From assembly GCA_951406725.2 (NCBI GenBank), contig OX597815.1, positions 108,066,001 through 108,130,000 of the forward strand: a DNA stretch of 64,000 nucleotides, in the 5' to 3' direction. This document shows, piece after piece, positions 1 through 14,141 of this stretch (the stretch's first letter is position 1; each line of letters begins with the position of its first letter). The position numbers were made by a program, and so were the translations under genes. Source of the DNA: Octopus vulgaris. Its lineage: Eukaryota. The notes under the pieces are model-generated. The model did not search any database. It was not told the origin of the DNA and saw nothing but the letters and a program-made list of their open reading frames with translations.

Positions 1-286
1 ATATTGATCAAATTGAGTTTCACCATTAAAGGAAAAAATCAAAATTTCAGTCATTTTCTATGAAAGAAATGCTTTGCACTAACTTTCTGGTATTTTATAT
101 ATCATTGACTGAAGTAGATAATTAAAACCAGCAATAAAACTAGAAATAATTTATATTCAACATTATTAGAATATATAAGCATTTTAAACAAGGAATAGGA
201 AAAAATTAATAGAATTCAGTAGCCAGACAAACAAATATATACAACATTATGTATGAAGGTACTTTTAGAACAAAATTCTCATATAT

Positions 287-460
287 AAACAATTGCAGCA
301 TGGAAGGTGTTTATAAGCCATTTAAAAACACACAAAAACTGTTAGATTCACTTCAACATTTAAATTTAATTTGTCAAAATATTTTTGTCGCTTTGAGACT
401 GCAACCTTTACCCTGACAAAATTTCCTGCTCCAGCTGAGAAAGTAACAGTTAGTTCACGA
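287..460 (-). mobile_element. Fragment of PLE-like terminal repeat family (same family as 3248-3522)
   Basis: aaacaattgcagcatggaaggtgttt...gattcacttcaacat...aatttgtcaaaatattt matches 3304-3403. Confidence 0.7.
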
Positions 461-2164
461 TATATATGTATGTATGTATGTGCGTATGTATGTATGTATG
501 TATGTATGTACGCACGTAGGTACGTATGCATATATGTATGTATGCATACATACACAACAAATAAAATTGAATTGAAATTTGCCTCTTATTTGGAGAAAGA
601 AAACAGAAAACTAGTGACAGTTAGGGACTGTCAAAAGAAAGGGGAGATAATTTCAAGAAATTAAGAATTAATCTCAAAGTTAATTCACATGCTAAGAGGA
701 AAGGACAGTTTGATCTTCGTTTGCAACCAAAGGACAATTAGATTTAATCAACATATTACAGTCTATTTAAGTCTATAATGAGTTGACAGAAATTTTTACA
801 TTTAGAGAAAGTGTTATGGACAAATCTTGGCTAATATATTATTTACATAATTAAAAATAAAGTGAGCTAAGAGAAATAATTCAGATGGCCTAATGTCATG
901 AATTTGGATAAATAAGTCGAAAGATGACTATTAAGTTAAGGGAGTATTAACCTTTAAGACATCTGGATTGACATGCTAGAATAGAATATGTTGTTTCAGC
1001 ATGGTATCCTACACCTTATACAATTTTAGTACATGGAACTAACATTGCGAGTTACTAAACACAGACACTTGTGCTAACTAGCATCATGTTTTATATTTTG
1101 TAACATCTAACATTATTAATATTCATGAACATAGCTTTATTGTGAATTAAGCACAACCAGACAGTTACATACAATCATGATAACTTTGGACACAGTTCAT
1201 TATGCTTTACCATAATTTTGTTGTTTTTGATGTAAACATTTTACTGTCTGGCAAACATGATAGTAAACACTATTTTGCTGAGCGCTTTACCTAATTAATA
1301 AAAACTAGTGAATGTGATATGTAATTTTATATTGTATGTTTGGCATCTTGTTTGTGGGGCTTAAATTATTCACCATTCATCACAGCTAATAGTATTGAAC
1401 ATTAAATAATCACAGTTCTTCATAATTTTATGTCAATTTTTTTAATTCCATAAAATTTATTTGGGTGCCATTCAACATTTTTTTTAGATGATAGCAGTGG
1501 TTCAACCAAATAGTTAAAAGTAGACTTTAACTGAATTTTTTACACCTTGAATTTATAGTCTAGCATTGTTGTTTAGCCCAGGTCAACCTTGAATCCACAG
1601 AACTATGAGTCAAAAATATCCTAACTGTAACCATACCTATCTTTTATTCATACACAGTATATCAAGAATTGCATTACGCAATGCAGCTATTTTAACATGA
1701 TAGAGTTATTTAAGATTTAAGAGAAATTTCATTGCTATTTTCTCACAGCTCAAATGATTATATACAAACTCTTTTTTTCTGATTGTATGGTTTAATGTAT
1801 TATGCATATGCAACTGTATTTGTTCTTGCTGTGAAGTTATATTTGTGTGAGATCAAAGAGCAGACTGGTACAACTTTATGTCATAAACATTGTGATAGTC
1901 TGATTCTTGATTACATGCTTTCATGAAGCATTGGTTAATGGAGGAGCTTCTACATGGTCGTTTGACCTGCTAAAAATAGAAACTGAATTTCCTTTAAATC
2001 AAAGTGTACCACCTTATAAAATCATACATTGGATAATGTAGTCCCACATATACAATATCCGAAAATAAAAAGGAATCATGGCTGGAACACTGAGCAGGGA
2101 TTAAACAATAATAATTTCTGGAATAAACTTCACAGCTAAACTAAGTGTGATTAAAAGCACAATA

Positions 2165-2323
2165 TATTGTGGTTAAAAAATTTACCTAGCAACCATATAG
2201 TTTCAGGTTCAGTCCCACTGTGTGGCACTTTTAGAAAGTAGCTTCTGTTATGACTTCAAGCTGATCTATGATTGTAAGTGAAATTTGTTTGATAGAAATT
2301 GCATAGAAGCCCATCATATATGG

Positions 2324-2362
<39 letters not shown>

Positions 2363-2630
2363 ATGCATACATTCATGTATGTGTCTGTGCATGTGTGTGA
2401 AGTTTTGTTTGCGTGTTTGTGTGTATGCATGTATGAAGTTCTTTGTGCATGTGTATGTGTGTGTGTGTGTGTGTTGGCGTCCACATGATTTCACATTGAC
2501 ACCACTTTCGCAGCAGTAATGTTTGTGTTTCACATAAAAGAAATATGCACACAGCTTTAGTAGTTTGATTTGCATAAATCGGTAGCATAGTTTACATGAA
2601 AAACAAATAAGAGATAATATCAGGAAGAGC
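2165..2630 (+). mobile_element. Degenerate tRNA-derived SINE (family of 17611-18023) with internal (TG)n
   Basis: ggttcagtcccactgtgtggcac head segment matches the reverse complement of the 17611-18023 head. Confidence 0.6.
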
Positions 2631-2779
2631 ATGGTGGTATCTCTTGGATACCCTTATTTATAATTTTAATAATTATTATAACCTATAAGGTGTTTTTCTT
2701 CCCATGCTTTGCTGCTACTTGATTTGATCACTATTTAAAGTAACGATCTTATCCTTTTATATATATTTATATATATATA

Positions 2780-2833
2780 TAGTGAATCCAAACAAAGAAT
2801 AACAAATAAGAAAAAACAACAATGCAAGGACGT

Positions 2834-2890
<57 letters not shown>

Positions 2891-2990
2891 CACAAGGACT
2901 TGGTAGAAGTACTGTATTATCAGATGCTCAGGAAAGGAAGGAAAGAGGATTTAACGTTTTGAACCTTGCTTTTCTTCAGAAATAGAACAT
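2780..2990 (-). mobile_element. PLE-type terminal fragment with decayed hammerhead-like motif
   Basis: Minus strand tttCTGAAGAaaagcaaggttcAAAACGTTaaa; related to 12690-12850, 56930-57070 and 58510-58690. Confidence 0.5.
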
Positions 2991-3247
2991 TCTCTCAAGA
3001 GGTCTCATTCAATCCAGACCTGTAGGGAAAATGCAGACATAAAAATAATAACAATATTGACCTTATGGTGGAATAAAATATATGTGTTTCATTCAACATT
3101 ACTTTCTTAATATTACAGAATGCCAAGAAGACCCCCAAAGTTTATTCAAGGAAATCAACATAATTAGTTTATTATTGCATTTTAAGTAAAGATTGAGAGC
3201 ATCTATTTTCAGAACAACCAGATTTAATGATGGACAGTAAATTACAT

Positions 3248-3522
3248 TACGGAGATGTACTTGCATAGCAAGTGATTTGATCTGAGATTGTGTGCTGGAA
3301 TGAAAACAATTGCAGCATGGAAGGTGTTTGTAAGCCATTTAAGAAACACACATAAGCCGTTCGATTCACTTCAACATATAAGTTTAATTTGTCAAAATAT
3401 TTTCGTCGCTAAAATCCGTGACCTGTTCACTGACACGGAATTTTGTCAGTGAACAGGTGGTGGATTTTAGCGCCGAAAATATTTTGACAAATTAAACTTA
3501 TATGTTGAAGTGAATCGAACGG
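3248..3522. mobile_element. Non-autonomous foldback element (79-bp inverted arms, 8-nt loop) with 12-bp TSD
   Basis: Arms 3357-3435 and 3444-3522 (about 4 mismatches); direct repeat agtaaattacat at 3236-3247 and 3523-3534. Confidence 0.85.
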
Positions 3523-3629
3523 AGTAAATTACATGTTATTTATAATCTCAGGCACAAACATGCACACACGCATGCATGCACTCACATACATTTCTATGGC
3601 ACAAACACACACACTCACACACATTTCTA

Positions 3630-3790
3630 TGGCAGACATCAAATATGTGATTAAAACCTGCCCAAAAATATCATCAAAGTGCTACCACCCTATGCAACAT
3701 GATGTTCTTGCAAAACAATATAGAAGGTCATTTGAAAAAAAGTATGTCCTAGAATAAATATAGAGAATCTGCCTGTTATTGAATACATAC
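3630..3790 (+). mobile_element. R4/Dong-like LINE fragment (CCHC region)
   Basis: DIKYVIKTCPKISSKCYHPMQHDVLAK resembles the H-x4-C...RHD motif preceding the RLE endonuclease. Confidence 0.6.
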
Positions 3791-3824
3791 ACACATATAC
3801 ATGTGTATGAACGTACATACATAC

Positions 3825-5080
3825 TTGACCAAGTTAGAATACATGAGGTTGATAACATCATAAAACTTGGAAGGCAGCTCTTTGAACAGTATTCTTTGTC
3901 TGATAACTTTAAACACATGCCCAAAGAAGTTGCATGACTCTACTGCAACATATCATCAGATGAAAGGATTTGCATTTATGAGCAGAAGGCCGTGCATAGA
4001 TATGTTAGTAGAAAGTTCCGAGATGATAGTAACATTGATCATCAAAGTAGTCTATTATGGACCAACAACAGGATTACTACCTCCTACTTTGAAGGGTATG
4101 CGTTTGTAATTCAGGAACAGGAAATATCAACTAAATACGTGATGCACAAAAAAAAAAAAAGGACAGAGATGCAGGGAAATCACTAAGATGTGATTATTGA
4201 TGCAGACTTAGTGGATTTAACACTGTAGATATCACCTACATCATAAGCAGTTGTCAAAAGTCTCATCATGATATTATCCACCGATGATATATTATGTTGT
4301 AGTTAGGACACTATATAATGAAATCCATTGGAAAGGTAACCCCGAGTACAAGGAAATAAAAACCCACAGTAGGGTAGGAGCCATAACCACCCATAATAAA
4401 AAGGAGTACTGGTGGAATGTCTCAATGAAAACCTCAGTAAAATGTAAGCACAAAATAGCTGATATAATGATTTGGGATAAAGATGAGAAACTGCGTACAG
4501 TTGTGGAAATCAGCTGCCCAGCGGATGTCAACATAAAGCTGAAAATCAGTGAAAAGAGAACACCTACGCTGAAATATGCACTATCTGAACTAGTGAAAAA
4601 TCTATCCAGATTACAAGTTCAGGCTTATAACTGTAGTTATTGGGGACCTGGGATATGTAACACACTGCCTAAATACCAATCTTAAGAAATTAGGCTTCTC
4701 AAAACCAGAAAGGAGAAAGCTAATTCGAAGACTACAGATCTAATCTATCACTGGAACTGTAAAAGTCTGTAAAACTTTCCAGAAGTTTATCATTTAAGTA
4801 TATAAGAGCATGTCTAGATATGCAACTACAATCATGAGAAAGCATACATAAAACAAAACATACAAATCTGCATGTATACATACATGTATGCATGCATGCA
4901 TGCATACATACATACATACATACATACATACATACATACATACATACATACATACATACATACATGCATACATACATACCCTGCTGTTGATGTTGAAATT
5001 CCAGTGAAGGAGCCTTGGATTTAGGTTAGAAACAAACTCTTTCTTTATTGGCAAGAAATCTTGAAATCTGAATAATAACA
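3825..5080 (+). mobile_element. 5'-truncated R4/Dong-clade non-LTR retrotransposon (CCHC + RLE endonuclease), decayed
   Basis: Frame-shifted peptides FEGYAFVIQEQEISTKY, EYWWNVSMKTSVKCKHKIADIMIWDKDEKLRTVVEISCPADVNI, SITGTVKVCKTFQKF; 3' UTR ends in (CATA)n. Confidence 0.85.
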
Positions 5081-5089
5081 TACATACAA

Positions 5090-5810
5090 CAAAAGAGACA
5101 GTAAAGCCCTTGGAACACCAAGATTCAACTGAAAATATAGATTCTGCCATTTTTTTTTGTGGAAGACATCACACATATGATTAGCAGCTACCCAAAAATG
5201 TCATCGAGGTAGTGCCTTGCTATGTGACACAATGTTGTCACAAAGCAATATACAATGCCATTCAGAAATAAAACTGTCCTGGAATACATATAGAGAGACC
5301 CTGCTGCCCCGGTTATTGAATACAGGCACAAACATCAACACACGGAATACTGGCAGAACATTTCCAGAAAAACATCTGTCAAGTGTAAGCACAACAGGCC
5401 AGATATTGTTGTTTGGGACAGACAAGAAAAAGTATGTATCATCATAGAAGTAGGCTGTTGTACTGATGCAAATAGCTCTTAGAAAATCAAAGAGAAAGAG
5501 TATATCTATGGACAATTATTCTGAAACCTTCAGCTTCCATTTCTAGATTATGAATTCACATTAATTCCAATAATAATTGGTGCACTTGGTTTTGTGTAAG
5601 TGACAATCTGGATAAATTAGAGATTTTCAGGAAAATAAATCAACCAATTAACATGCACATTACAAATCTGTAAGTGCAAAATATGCAAGATTTTTCTCAG
5701 GTTTAAAATGTGACATTGTTTTTATCTACATTCCAATAATGGAACTTTGTGTCTTAGAAATCAGCTCCTTCCCTGAAGGAATATTTTAGAATATTAAAAA
5801 GAGAAGAGCA
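5090..5810 (+). mobile_element. Second R4/Dong-like LINE 3' fragment in tandem
   Basis: EDITHMISSYPKMSSR, RPDIVV-DR and KICKIFLRFKM remnants; ends in catacatacata. Confidence 0.75.
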
Positions 5811-5869
5811 TACATACATACAAACTTACATACATACACATACATATGTGCATACATACATACACACAT

Positions 5870-6178
5870 CCGTGCATTGGGCCTCATGGAGGCAATGACC
5901 AAGACGTTAGGCATTATGTTGTGCTTTAGAAGAAGGACCATCAAGCTGAGTAAAATCACAGTCATGACAGATACTGTTGTCATGCAAATGACACCTGTGC
6001 CAGTGACATGGAAAAATACCCATTACACTCTCAGAGTGGATGACATTAGGAAGGGCATCCATCAACAGAAAACTATGTCAAATCAGACAGGATCTTGGTG
6101 CAGTCTTCCAGTGTGCCAGCCCAGTCAAATCATCTAACCCATGCCAGCATGGACAATGGACGCTAAATGATGATGACT
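5870..6178 (+). mobile_element. RTE LINE 3' end fragment
   Basis: LGLMEAMTK C-terminal remnant and tail aacccatgccagcatgg...aaatgatgatg match 32580-33263. Confidence 0.75.
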
Positions 6179-6280
6179 ATACACACATACACACACACAT
6201 ATACATACATACATAAATATATACATATACACATACATACATCATACATACATACATACATACATACATACATACATACA

Positions 6281-6311
<31 letters not shown>

Positions 6312-6859
6312 TATTCAGCATCCTTGGCATATAGCCGCTTCCTGAAGCAGGAATATATTAGAAACAGATAAAGAATTTATCATTATGACACATACAAGCA
6401 GGCTTTTTCATTATGGTTATTAACAGTAAATCACACACACACTCAAACTAGCTTTAAGTTGGACAAGAGTGGAATAGGAAAAACTAAGGAAGAAAAGAGA
6501 AAAGAAGAAGACAGACAAAGAGGGTAGAAAAATAAAGATATGAAGAAGAAAGAAGGAAATAGGGGGATGGAGAAAATTAGAAAAAAGAAAGAGAAATAAG
6601 GCAAAAAGGTTCCTTTCAGCTGCACATTCACACACACACACATTCAGATGTGCACATATACAATCAAACTAGGAGGCTGATCATTGGTCAGTAGTTGAAT
6701 AGGAGGGTGCCTATAAGAAAACAAAGGCCAAAAGATTAGTCTCTATCAAGAGAGAAACACACACAAACAAGCAGGTTAGCATAGAGGAAGGCGTAAAGCA
6801 GGTTGTTTATTTTTGCCATGAATTGCCAAAATAGACCTATACGAAATTTTTTCAATGTC

Positions 6860-7035
6860 AGAACCAGCCACAAAATTTGGGAGAAGAAATCAGACAATTA
6901 AAGCCCACTCAGTACTTGACTTGTACTTTATTGCCTCTGAAAGAATAAAATACCAAGTTAACCTTGGCAAAATTTAAACAGATCTCTAGGAATGAGAACA
7001 CATGCATCAAGGAATTGTTGCTACTACTCTATTAA
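6860..7035 (-). mobile_element. Degenerate Meta-type SINE
   Basis: Similar to 60560-60775 (gccacaaaatttggg...agtacttgacttgtactttatt...aagttaaccttggc). Confidence 0.5.
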
Positions 7036-7098
7036 TCTGCCAACCCATCATCCTAGTAAGTTTATAACGAATTTTAAAGTTGAGGCTAAAATGAAAGC

Positions 7099-7480
7099 TT
7101 ATGAATATATTTTTCTCCATGTTGCCTTCTTAAATGCAATTATTTCCCAACTTTCTTCATAATTATTGCCATTTGTTTTCAGAGCGTATTCAAAATAGTC
7201 TTCATATCTAAATTTTAGTATGTCAGGAGATCTAGCATCAGAATATAGCACTCCAAAGAGTCAACATTTTCTAACTCTTTCACTGCCCACTTCTGACACT
7301 AGAGAGCTTGTGTTCTTATGATAATTGTTAACTCCATGATCCTTATGTCTCTTCAAGATACATTCAAACTTTATCAACGACTCCTTCAATGGAAGCACTT
7401 CAACTGTTTAACATGTTTGAATTTATTGGCCGTGTTACACAGTTATGCAACAAAGCAAACTACCATGTTATTCTGCATTT
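7099..7480 (-). pseudogene. Old RTE (BovB-like) ORF C-terminal remnant
   Basis: Minus strand LFGVLYSDARSPDILKFRYEDYFEYALKTNGNNYEESWEIIAFKKATWRKIYS*, plus upstream KHVKQLKCFH; typical RTE C-terminus. Confidence 0.65.
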
Positions 7481-8484
7481 ATTGCTGAGCCTACAGTGAA
7501 GATTGTGACTTCTGAATTCTATTTGCAATTTCATTATCTAGATTAGCATCTCTCCTCATAGCACCAGGATATTTGATGGAAGATATAGCTTTCAAAGTTT
7601 CATCATATAATATTTCATACACACATGTGTGTGTACACAAGCACATACACACACACACACAGAGAGTCAAGCATTATAAATATGAAGTCATATATGAGAC
7701 GTTTACAAGGATGGCTTAATACAGAAAAAGGTATAGATACCACCATCATCTTTATCAATGCATGTACAAGCATACATTTACACACACATGCATGTATACT
7801 TACTTATTCACATGCATCATCATCGTCGTCGTCGTCGTCGTCGTCATCATCATCATCATCATCATCATAATTTTACATTTGATTTCCATGCTGGCATGGG
7901 TTGGACAGGTTGTCATTTTTTGAGCAATTTCTAATTCAGAGCAACGTCCCTCTGAAACATGTGAACGTTATATTTTGGCATGGTTTTACAATTGGACGCT
8001 CCTCCTAAAACTCGGGTGAGAGGTTGAAAAAGGCAATAAAGGTGTGGGGAGTAATGCAAATGGCTGAAATGACACATACATCCGCATATGTATCTAGGTA
8101 TATTCACATACTCACAAACACACACACTTATATTAAAGATGCAAATACATTTGAGTAATATTCTAACTCTTTCAGTCATTGACCATGCGGCCATGCTGGA
8201 GTAATTTTCTAACTCTGTCTCAGAGGCTTATGTTTAGTTTGGAACAATCCTAAACCAATTAATGCTTCAGGACCTTCTTGGTCTCATCATCAGTATGAAG
8301 TGATAGTAATAAGTGAGTTTTATTCTCATGCATTGATATATGTCCCAAAACTCATTGGAGTGTTATAACTGATAAGATCATTGAGACCAGATTTAAAAAT
8401 TAAATAATGCTTAATTCCCGATAGACTTCAATATATATTTTATATGTGCAGTATCTCAGGGTTGATTTTTGCTTTTATTATTAT

Positions 8485-8848
8485 TCTTTTATTTGTTTCA
8501 GTCACTTTGACTGTGGTCATGCTGGCGTACCACCTTTAAGTTGAACAAATCAACCCCACGACTTATTCTCTATAAGCCTAATTAATATTTATTCTATTGA
8601 TCTCTTTTGCTGAACTGGGAAGTTACAGAGATGTAAACACACCAACATCGTTTGTTAAGTGATGGTAAGGGGAAAAACACACACATACACACACATGACA
8701 GGTTTTTTCCAGTTTCTATTTACCAAATCCACTTACAAGGCTTTGGTCAGCACGAGGCTATAAAAGAAGACACTTGCCCAAAGTGCCACGCAGTGGGACT
8801 GAACCTGGAACCATGTGGTTGGTAAGTAAGCTACTTGCCACGCTGCCA
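8485..8848 (-). mobile_element. tRNA-derived CORE-like SINE
   Basis: Collinear with 17611-18023 (gtttcagtca..gact...gacacttgcccaa..tgccacgcagtgggactgaacc). Confidence 0.85.
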
Positions 8849-10153
8849 GCTTTCCTAGTTATTTCTTATTGTTTTGTTAAATTCTATGTAAACTGTAGTG
8901 TTGTCAACTATTGATTTTTTCTATTTAATTATATTTTGTGAACAGTACTATGAACTGTGATGGCTCTTTGTTGTAAATGTATGTGGTCAACCAATGAGAA
9001 AGTACCATGGTTCTGAGTCTGATATAACAGTTTGAGTCATGATGTTTGTGTCAATCTTTCTTGTGGCTTTTTTTAGTTTTCATGTTAATGAGGAAATTTT
9101 CCATTCAATGTTTTTGAAATATACTCTATGAATTTGTTGTTACATGTATTCTTTTTTATGAATTTCTTTTTTAATAACATAACATTCTGTAACCAGAGTG
9201 AATTCGATTCTTCTTGTATACAATATCTGTGGTTTGTGTATTCTTAATGGGTGATGCACGCTGTGTCAGAGGAGATGTATGTATTTGTTCTTTGATTGTT
9301 GTATAATATGGTCTTCTAATCCATTAGAGTATCAATTATTCAACGTATGTATGTGTGTTTGAATGTATATATGTATATATCTAGGTATGTATGTGTTACA
9401 TAGTGAAACTGTGCAATCCTTCAAGTAAAAAGTGGTAGTAGCCAGCCATTATAAATAGACCAGTAGCTGGTCGACAGAAAAAGAAGGTCAGAAGGTTCAG
9501 AGTATGTGTAGACTGTGTTGATAGTTATGTCTGTGCAGATATAGAAATTATACAGTGATAGCGAGTGGATGTTATAATGAACCAACCTTTTGAGGATAAT
9601 AATACTGCATGACTGAGCTTTGTACAGTGCCAGACAGAAACATTCTATTAAAGACTTTGGAATATAACAATATCTGTTAGAGCAACAACCATCATCAAAA
9701 GACAGATATGACAGTGGCAAAAGACTGCTTTACAACAGTGTGTTTAGTATGTATGTAAAATATCCTTATTTAAAGCTTCTTTGGTGGAAGAAAATTTAAA
9801 AGATCATCTAAGATGGGGTTTGACGACAAATATTTTGTATTTATATAAGAAATCACTTTTACCATTTGTATATTAGCATTTACTTGAGGCTTTTGTGTGC
9901 ATATTTAGGTACTGCGTATTTTGTTCCTTATCCCTACCTAAGAATGGAGTCATGTTAGTTTGAACTTCGAGTTATTTCTAAGATTTTAAAGCCTATCAGA
10001 CAGTTCATCTGAAACACTCATAATTAATGTCATCAAAATATCTGGTAGGGATAGATAGATAGATAGATATACATAGATATATAAATACACACACACACAT
10101 GTACACACGTACACGCATGCATGTGCACACACATACACACACAGACACATACT

Positions 10154-10201
<48 letters not shown>

Positions 10202-10224
10202 CATATATACTACATATGTGGGAA

Positions 10225-10450
10225 ATTCTGTCTGTGGGTGTGTTTGTGGAGTTGTTAGCTAACTTCTCCTACATTGTTTTATCGATTTTGATGAAACCTG
10301 ACACATGAGTAGAACTTCAGTCTGGAAACCTCATTACATACTAGGATTGTTGAAAAAATTGTTAATTGGGTCCCTGGAAGGGATCTTTATATATAACCCA
10401 TTCATTTTCCTGAATTATTTGGTATAAATCAAATTGAGTATGCTTATTTC
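10225..10450 (+). mobile_element. Possible DINE/HINE-like (Helentron-related) non-autonomous remnant
   Basis: tctgtctgt followed by atcgattttgatgaaacctgacaca resembles the ccgattttgatgaaacttggcaca core of DINE-1-like elements; ends not identified. Confidence 0.3.
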
Positions 10451-11885
10451 TTAGTATTTGAACTGCTAGAGTTATTTTCACAATTTATCCGGTAGAACCC
10501 TTAAACAAGTAAATAGTATATTCCTAAACAATAGATCCACTTATTTTGGTTAGTGACATATTCATGAATATACCAATGTTAGCGCCCTGAGGGTAATATT
10601 CTCTGGGAACTCATAAAATTTCTTTGCAGAGTTATTTACTTTGAATCATTCCATGTCAAGCACATGGCACTTGTCAAGGGTATCAGTATGAGTTGTTCAG
10701 TGATCTGATGGTAGAAGAAAGAAGGATGAAATCAGCTGATTGAGTTGTCATTACTGTTGTATTTAGTACAGTTTTGGTACTGGTTGAGCAGACTTATGAT
10801 TAAAGAAATTTTAGCTGTGACGATTCTTTCTTTTTTGTATATCCAACACATCTTCCCTTTTTAAAACAGTAAGCTTGCAAGTGAGAGGAGAGCTGGTTGC
10901 TACTTTTAGCAGAGAGAACAACCATGTGGTGGCTCCCTTATTGGCTTCAATTGTTTATTTTGACAGAAACGAACCCTTCTACATGTCACAGTGTACAAGC
11001 AGAAAAATTACAGAACTACTACTTCTGTTGCTGTTGTTGTGGTTGTTTCAGTTGTTATTGGTGTTCTTGTTACTGCCACCGTTATTGTTGCTGCTGCAGT
11101 TATTACTATTGTTGTTGTTGTTGTTGTTGTTATTGTTTTACATAACAAGAATTATAGAATATGATGACATCGAAGTATATAATTTAATTTTCCTTCCTGA
11201 ATCCAGTGTCATTTCTAATATATTACTCTAATTTGTGAGCATTTTCTTTTCTGTGCTTTCTTGCTTCTTCTCAATTTCTTTCTTTCTTTATTTATTAATT
11301 TCTATTTATTTATATAATTTTATTGATTTATCTATTGATTTTTTTATTATGTTTTACCAGGTCATATCAGCATTTAGTTTTGTTTATTTGTGCATTTTTG
11401 TGCATAACTATCTTTGTTCATATCCATATGTTTATATGTTTGTGTTGGTGACTATATATGTGTGCGTTTCTAGAAAGTTCTTTATAGTTAAAATTAAATG
11501 GCATTCATTGCTAGAATGTATTCTTAGGAGAAATATTACTCACTGAGTAATTCACACAAACATATACATACATATGTACATACACACATACACATACACA
11601 CACACATACGAACATACATACATACATATAAGCACATATATCCACTCTGTCTCACTAAAACGATTTCACATATATATCTCAACATTAATATACAAATTTA
11701 CACATAAATGAACATTGACACATATTCATGCATACACTCATAACAGGACTATATAGCTCATACACATTTACATACACTCATCACATACAGGCATATAATT
11801 ATTCATACTTTTATACAAACATACAGATACTCACACACATGTACATACTCATGTGAGTGTATGTATTATGCAAGCATTAATACAA

Positions 11886-11953
<68 letters not shown>

Positions 11954-12379
11954 GAAGCGAAACCATACACACACACAAACACACATGGACAGCCATATGC
12001 TGTCAACAACACAACAAACATGGTCAGTGGCAGCAACAGTGTTGAGAATGGCAATAACAACAAAAACAACTACCACAATGACAACACCGTGGATGAATAC
12101 CCATACACAGAGGAATACAGGAACTGTACCTTCCTTTTTTTCGGGTCTTAGGTCAGCAGCAGCAGCACAATGAGGTGAGAGGGTTGAGGGGAAGGGCACA
12201 CTACTGCTAAAAACTATGACACACATACATACATGTACATGCATGCACTTACACACACATACACACTAACTAGAACACAGATGCATGCGCACATAAAGAT
12301 ACACATCTTAGAAGAACAGACTGAAGTAAGTGGAGCATAAACACACACAGAAATGTGTATATAAATGATGAACACAGGT

Positions 12380-12552
12380 TGCTGAGCTTTTCAGTTGAAG
12401 TGACAAAGGACCAAGATGCCTGGCACCTTATTGTACTCAAGAAGACCTGTACTCCACAGGGAATTGTTAAGACCACTCCCCCTGGCAAAGAGGATTGTCC
12501 TAGCATGAACAATGGATGTTAAATGATGTAAATGATAATGATGATGATGATG
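12380..12552 (+). mobile_element. Divergent RTE 3' end fragment
   Basis: VEVTKDQDAWHLIVLKKT C-terminal remnant plus ctagcatg...gttaaatgat(gat)n tail. Confidence 0.55.
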
Positions 12553-12587
12553 TATGTATGAATGTATATATATATATGTCTTTACAC

Positions 12588-12668
<81 letters not shown>

Positions 12669-12669
12669 G

Positions 12670-13800
12670 AGAATTCACAAAAAACAAAAGATGAAGACAG
12701 GTGGTGTAGACAACAAACAGATGTATTAGTTTAATGCTCCGGAAGTGAAAAAGTTTTTAACATTTCAAGCTTACGCTCTTCCACAGAAAGAAACACAGAA
12801 AGAAACAAGGAGAGAAAATATAGAATGTGTAGTGGCTAGTGATCTATCATGGAGAATGCCAGACAGAGGGATCACACAGGAGAACTAGGAAGAAGGGGAT
12901 ATAATAAAGTAGTGGTGATTCCAAAACGAAGGTGTGCATGTGTATGTATAAGAGAGTATATATGTGCATGTGGAAGAGGGCTGGTGACCTTGATGTGTGC
13001 GTGTGTGTATGTGTAGGTGTAAAGATGTGGGGCTGGGAAGTGGTCAGTGCTAGTGTGTGTGTGGTGGTGTATGGTGTAGTGGTGTGGTGTGTGGTGTGAT
13101 GGTGTTGAGAGGTGGGGGAGCGAGAGTGGGAAAAGCAAAGGTGGGTGTAGGTTAGGCTGAGGGTGGGGGTAGAGGTGGGGTATGTGTGTAGGCAGAAGGT
13201 GGGAGTATGTGTGAGTGGGTGTATGGGGTGGGGTGGGATAGGAAGGATAGGGAAGGTGGGTTGGAATGTGTTGGGGTGGATAGGGTTATGAGGGATGGGT
13301 AACGATGAAGGTGGGAAAGAGAAGATGGGTAGGAGTGAAGAGAAGAAGTAGGAGTCGGAGCAAGAGAGAAGAGGTGGGTAGGAGGGGGTTGGTGTGAGGG
13401 GGAAAGAGGAGGTTAAATGAAGAGGGGAGGAAAGCTGAGCCCATGTGGTGCAAAAGAGCAAAGAGAGAAGATTAATCCCTGTTCACAGCGCAAACGGGAG
13501 TTCGGATGGCCCCTGTGCAAGGACAATCCAAATACGGACAGGTGTTGCAAAGAGTGACCAGTAGAGCGGAAATGGCGCGAACCAGGGTGTCATTGCTGAG
13601 TTGGATGTCTCGGTGGTGTTCCGTGAACCAGTCAGCCAAGCAGCGTCCCGTTTGCCTGATCTATAGAGAAGGGCAGACAGAGCAGTAGATGACATTAGTA
13701 GAAGTGCAGGTAAAGGAGTCGGTTATGAGATAGGGTCGATGATGGGTGCCAGTGAGGAAGGTGGTGCTGGAGAGGTAAAAGCAAGTGCGGCAGCATGACA
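12670..13800 (-). mobile_element. Penelope-like element 3' part: GIY-YIG endonuclease remnant (Neptune-like), pyrimidine-rich spacer, hammerhead-like terminal repeat
   Basis: 13792->13432 reads CRTC..ITDSFTCTSTNVIYCSVCPSL*IRQTGRCLADWFTEHHRDI../RHFRSTGHSLQHLSVFGL..EQGLIFSLCSFAPHGL; CTGTGGAAGAGCGTAAGCTTGAAATGTT at 12790->12754. Confidence 0.8.
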
Positions 13801-14093
13801 GATTCTCCCATCATTAGATGATGTATGAGGGTTTCATAATTTCTTACTGAACAACCACACAGATAATTTGCTTATAGTAATCAAATGCTTGTGTAGACAT
13901 AAGCTCACTCCCTCCATCAGATCAACATTATCTGTATAGGTACAATGGATCCCTCATGTCAGATATTGAAATGATCATAAAGCAATGTGAACTGAAATAC
14001 TTTGCTCATGCAACATCTTGACCACTAAGTCATGCTCCTTATATGTGTGTGTGTGTGTATAGATACATATATATACATACACATAACATAAGT

Positions 14094-14141
<48 letters not shown>

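Noticed and set aside
9421-9780. 99-aa ORF in non-repetitive sequence
   Set aside because: No recognisable motif on either strand and no clear splice signals.
12847-13461. 204-aa Pro/His/Thr-rich ORF
   Set aside because: Low-complexity purine/pyrimidine-skewed spacer of the PLE between the GIY-YIG and the terminal repeat.
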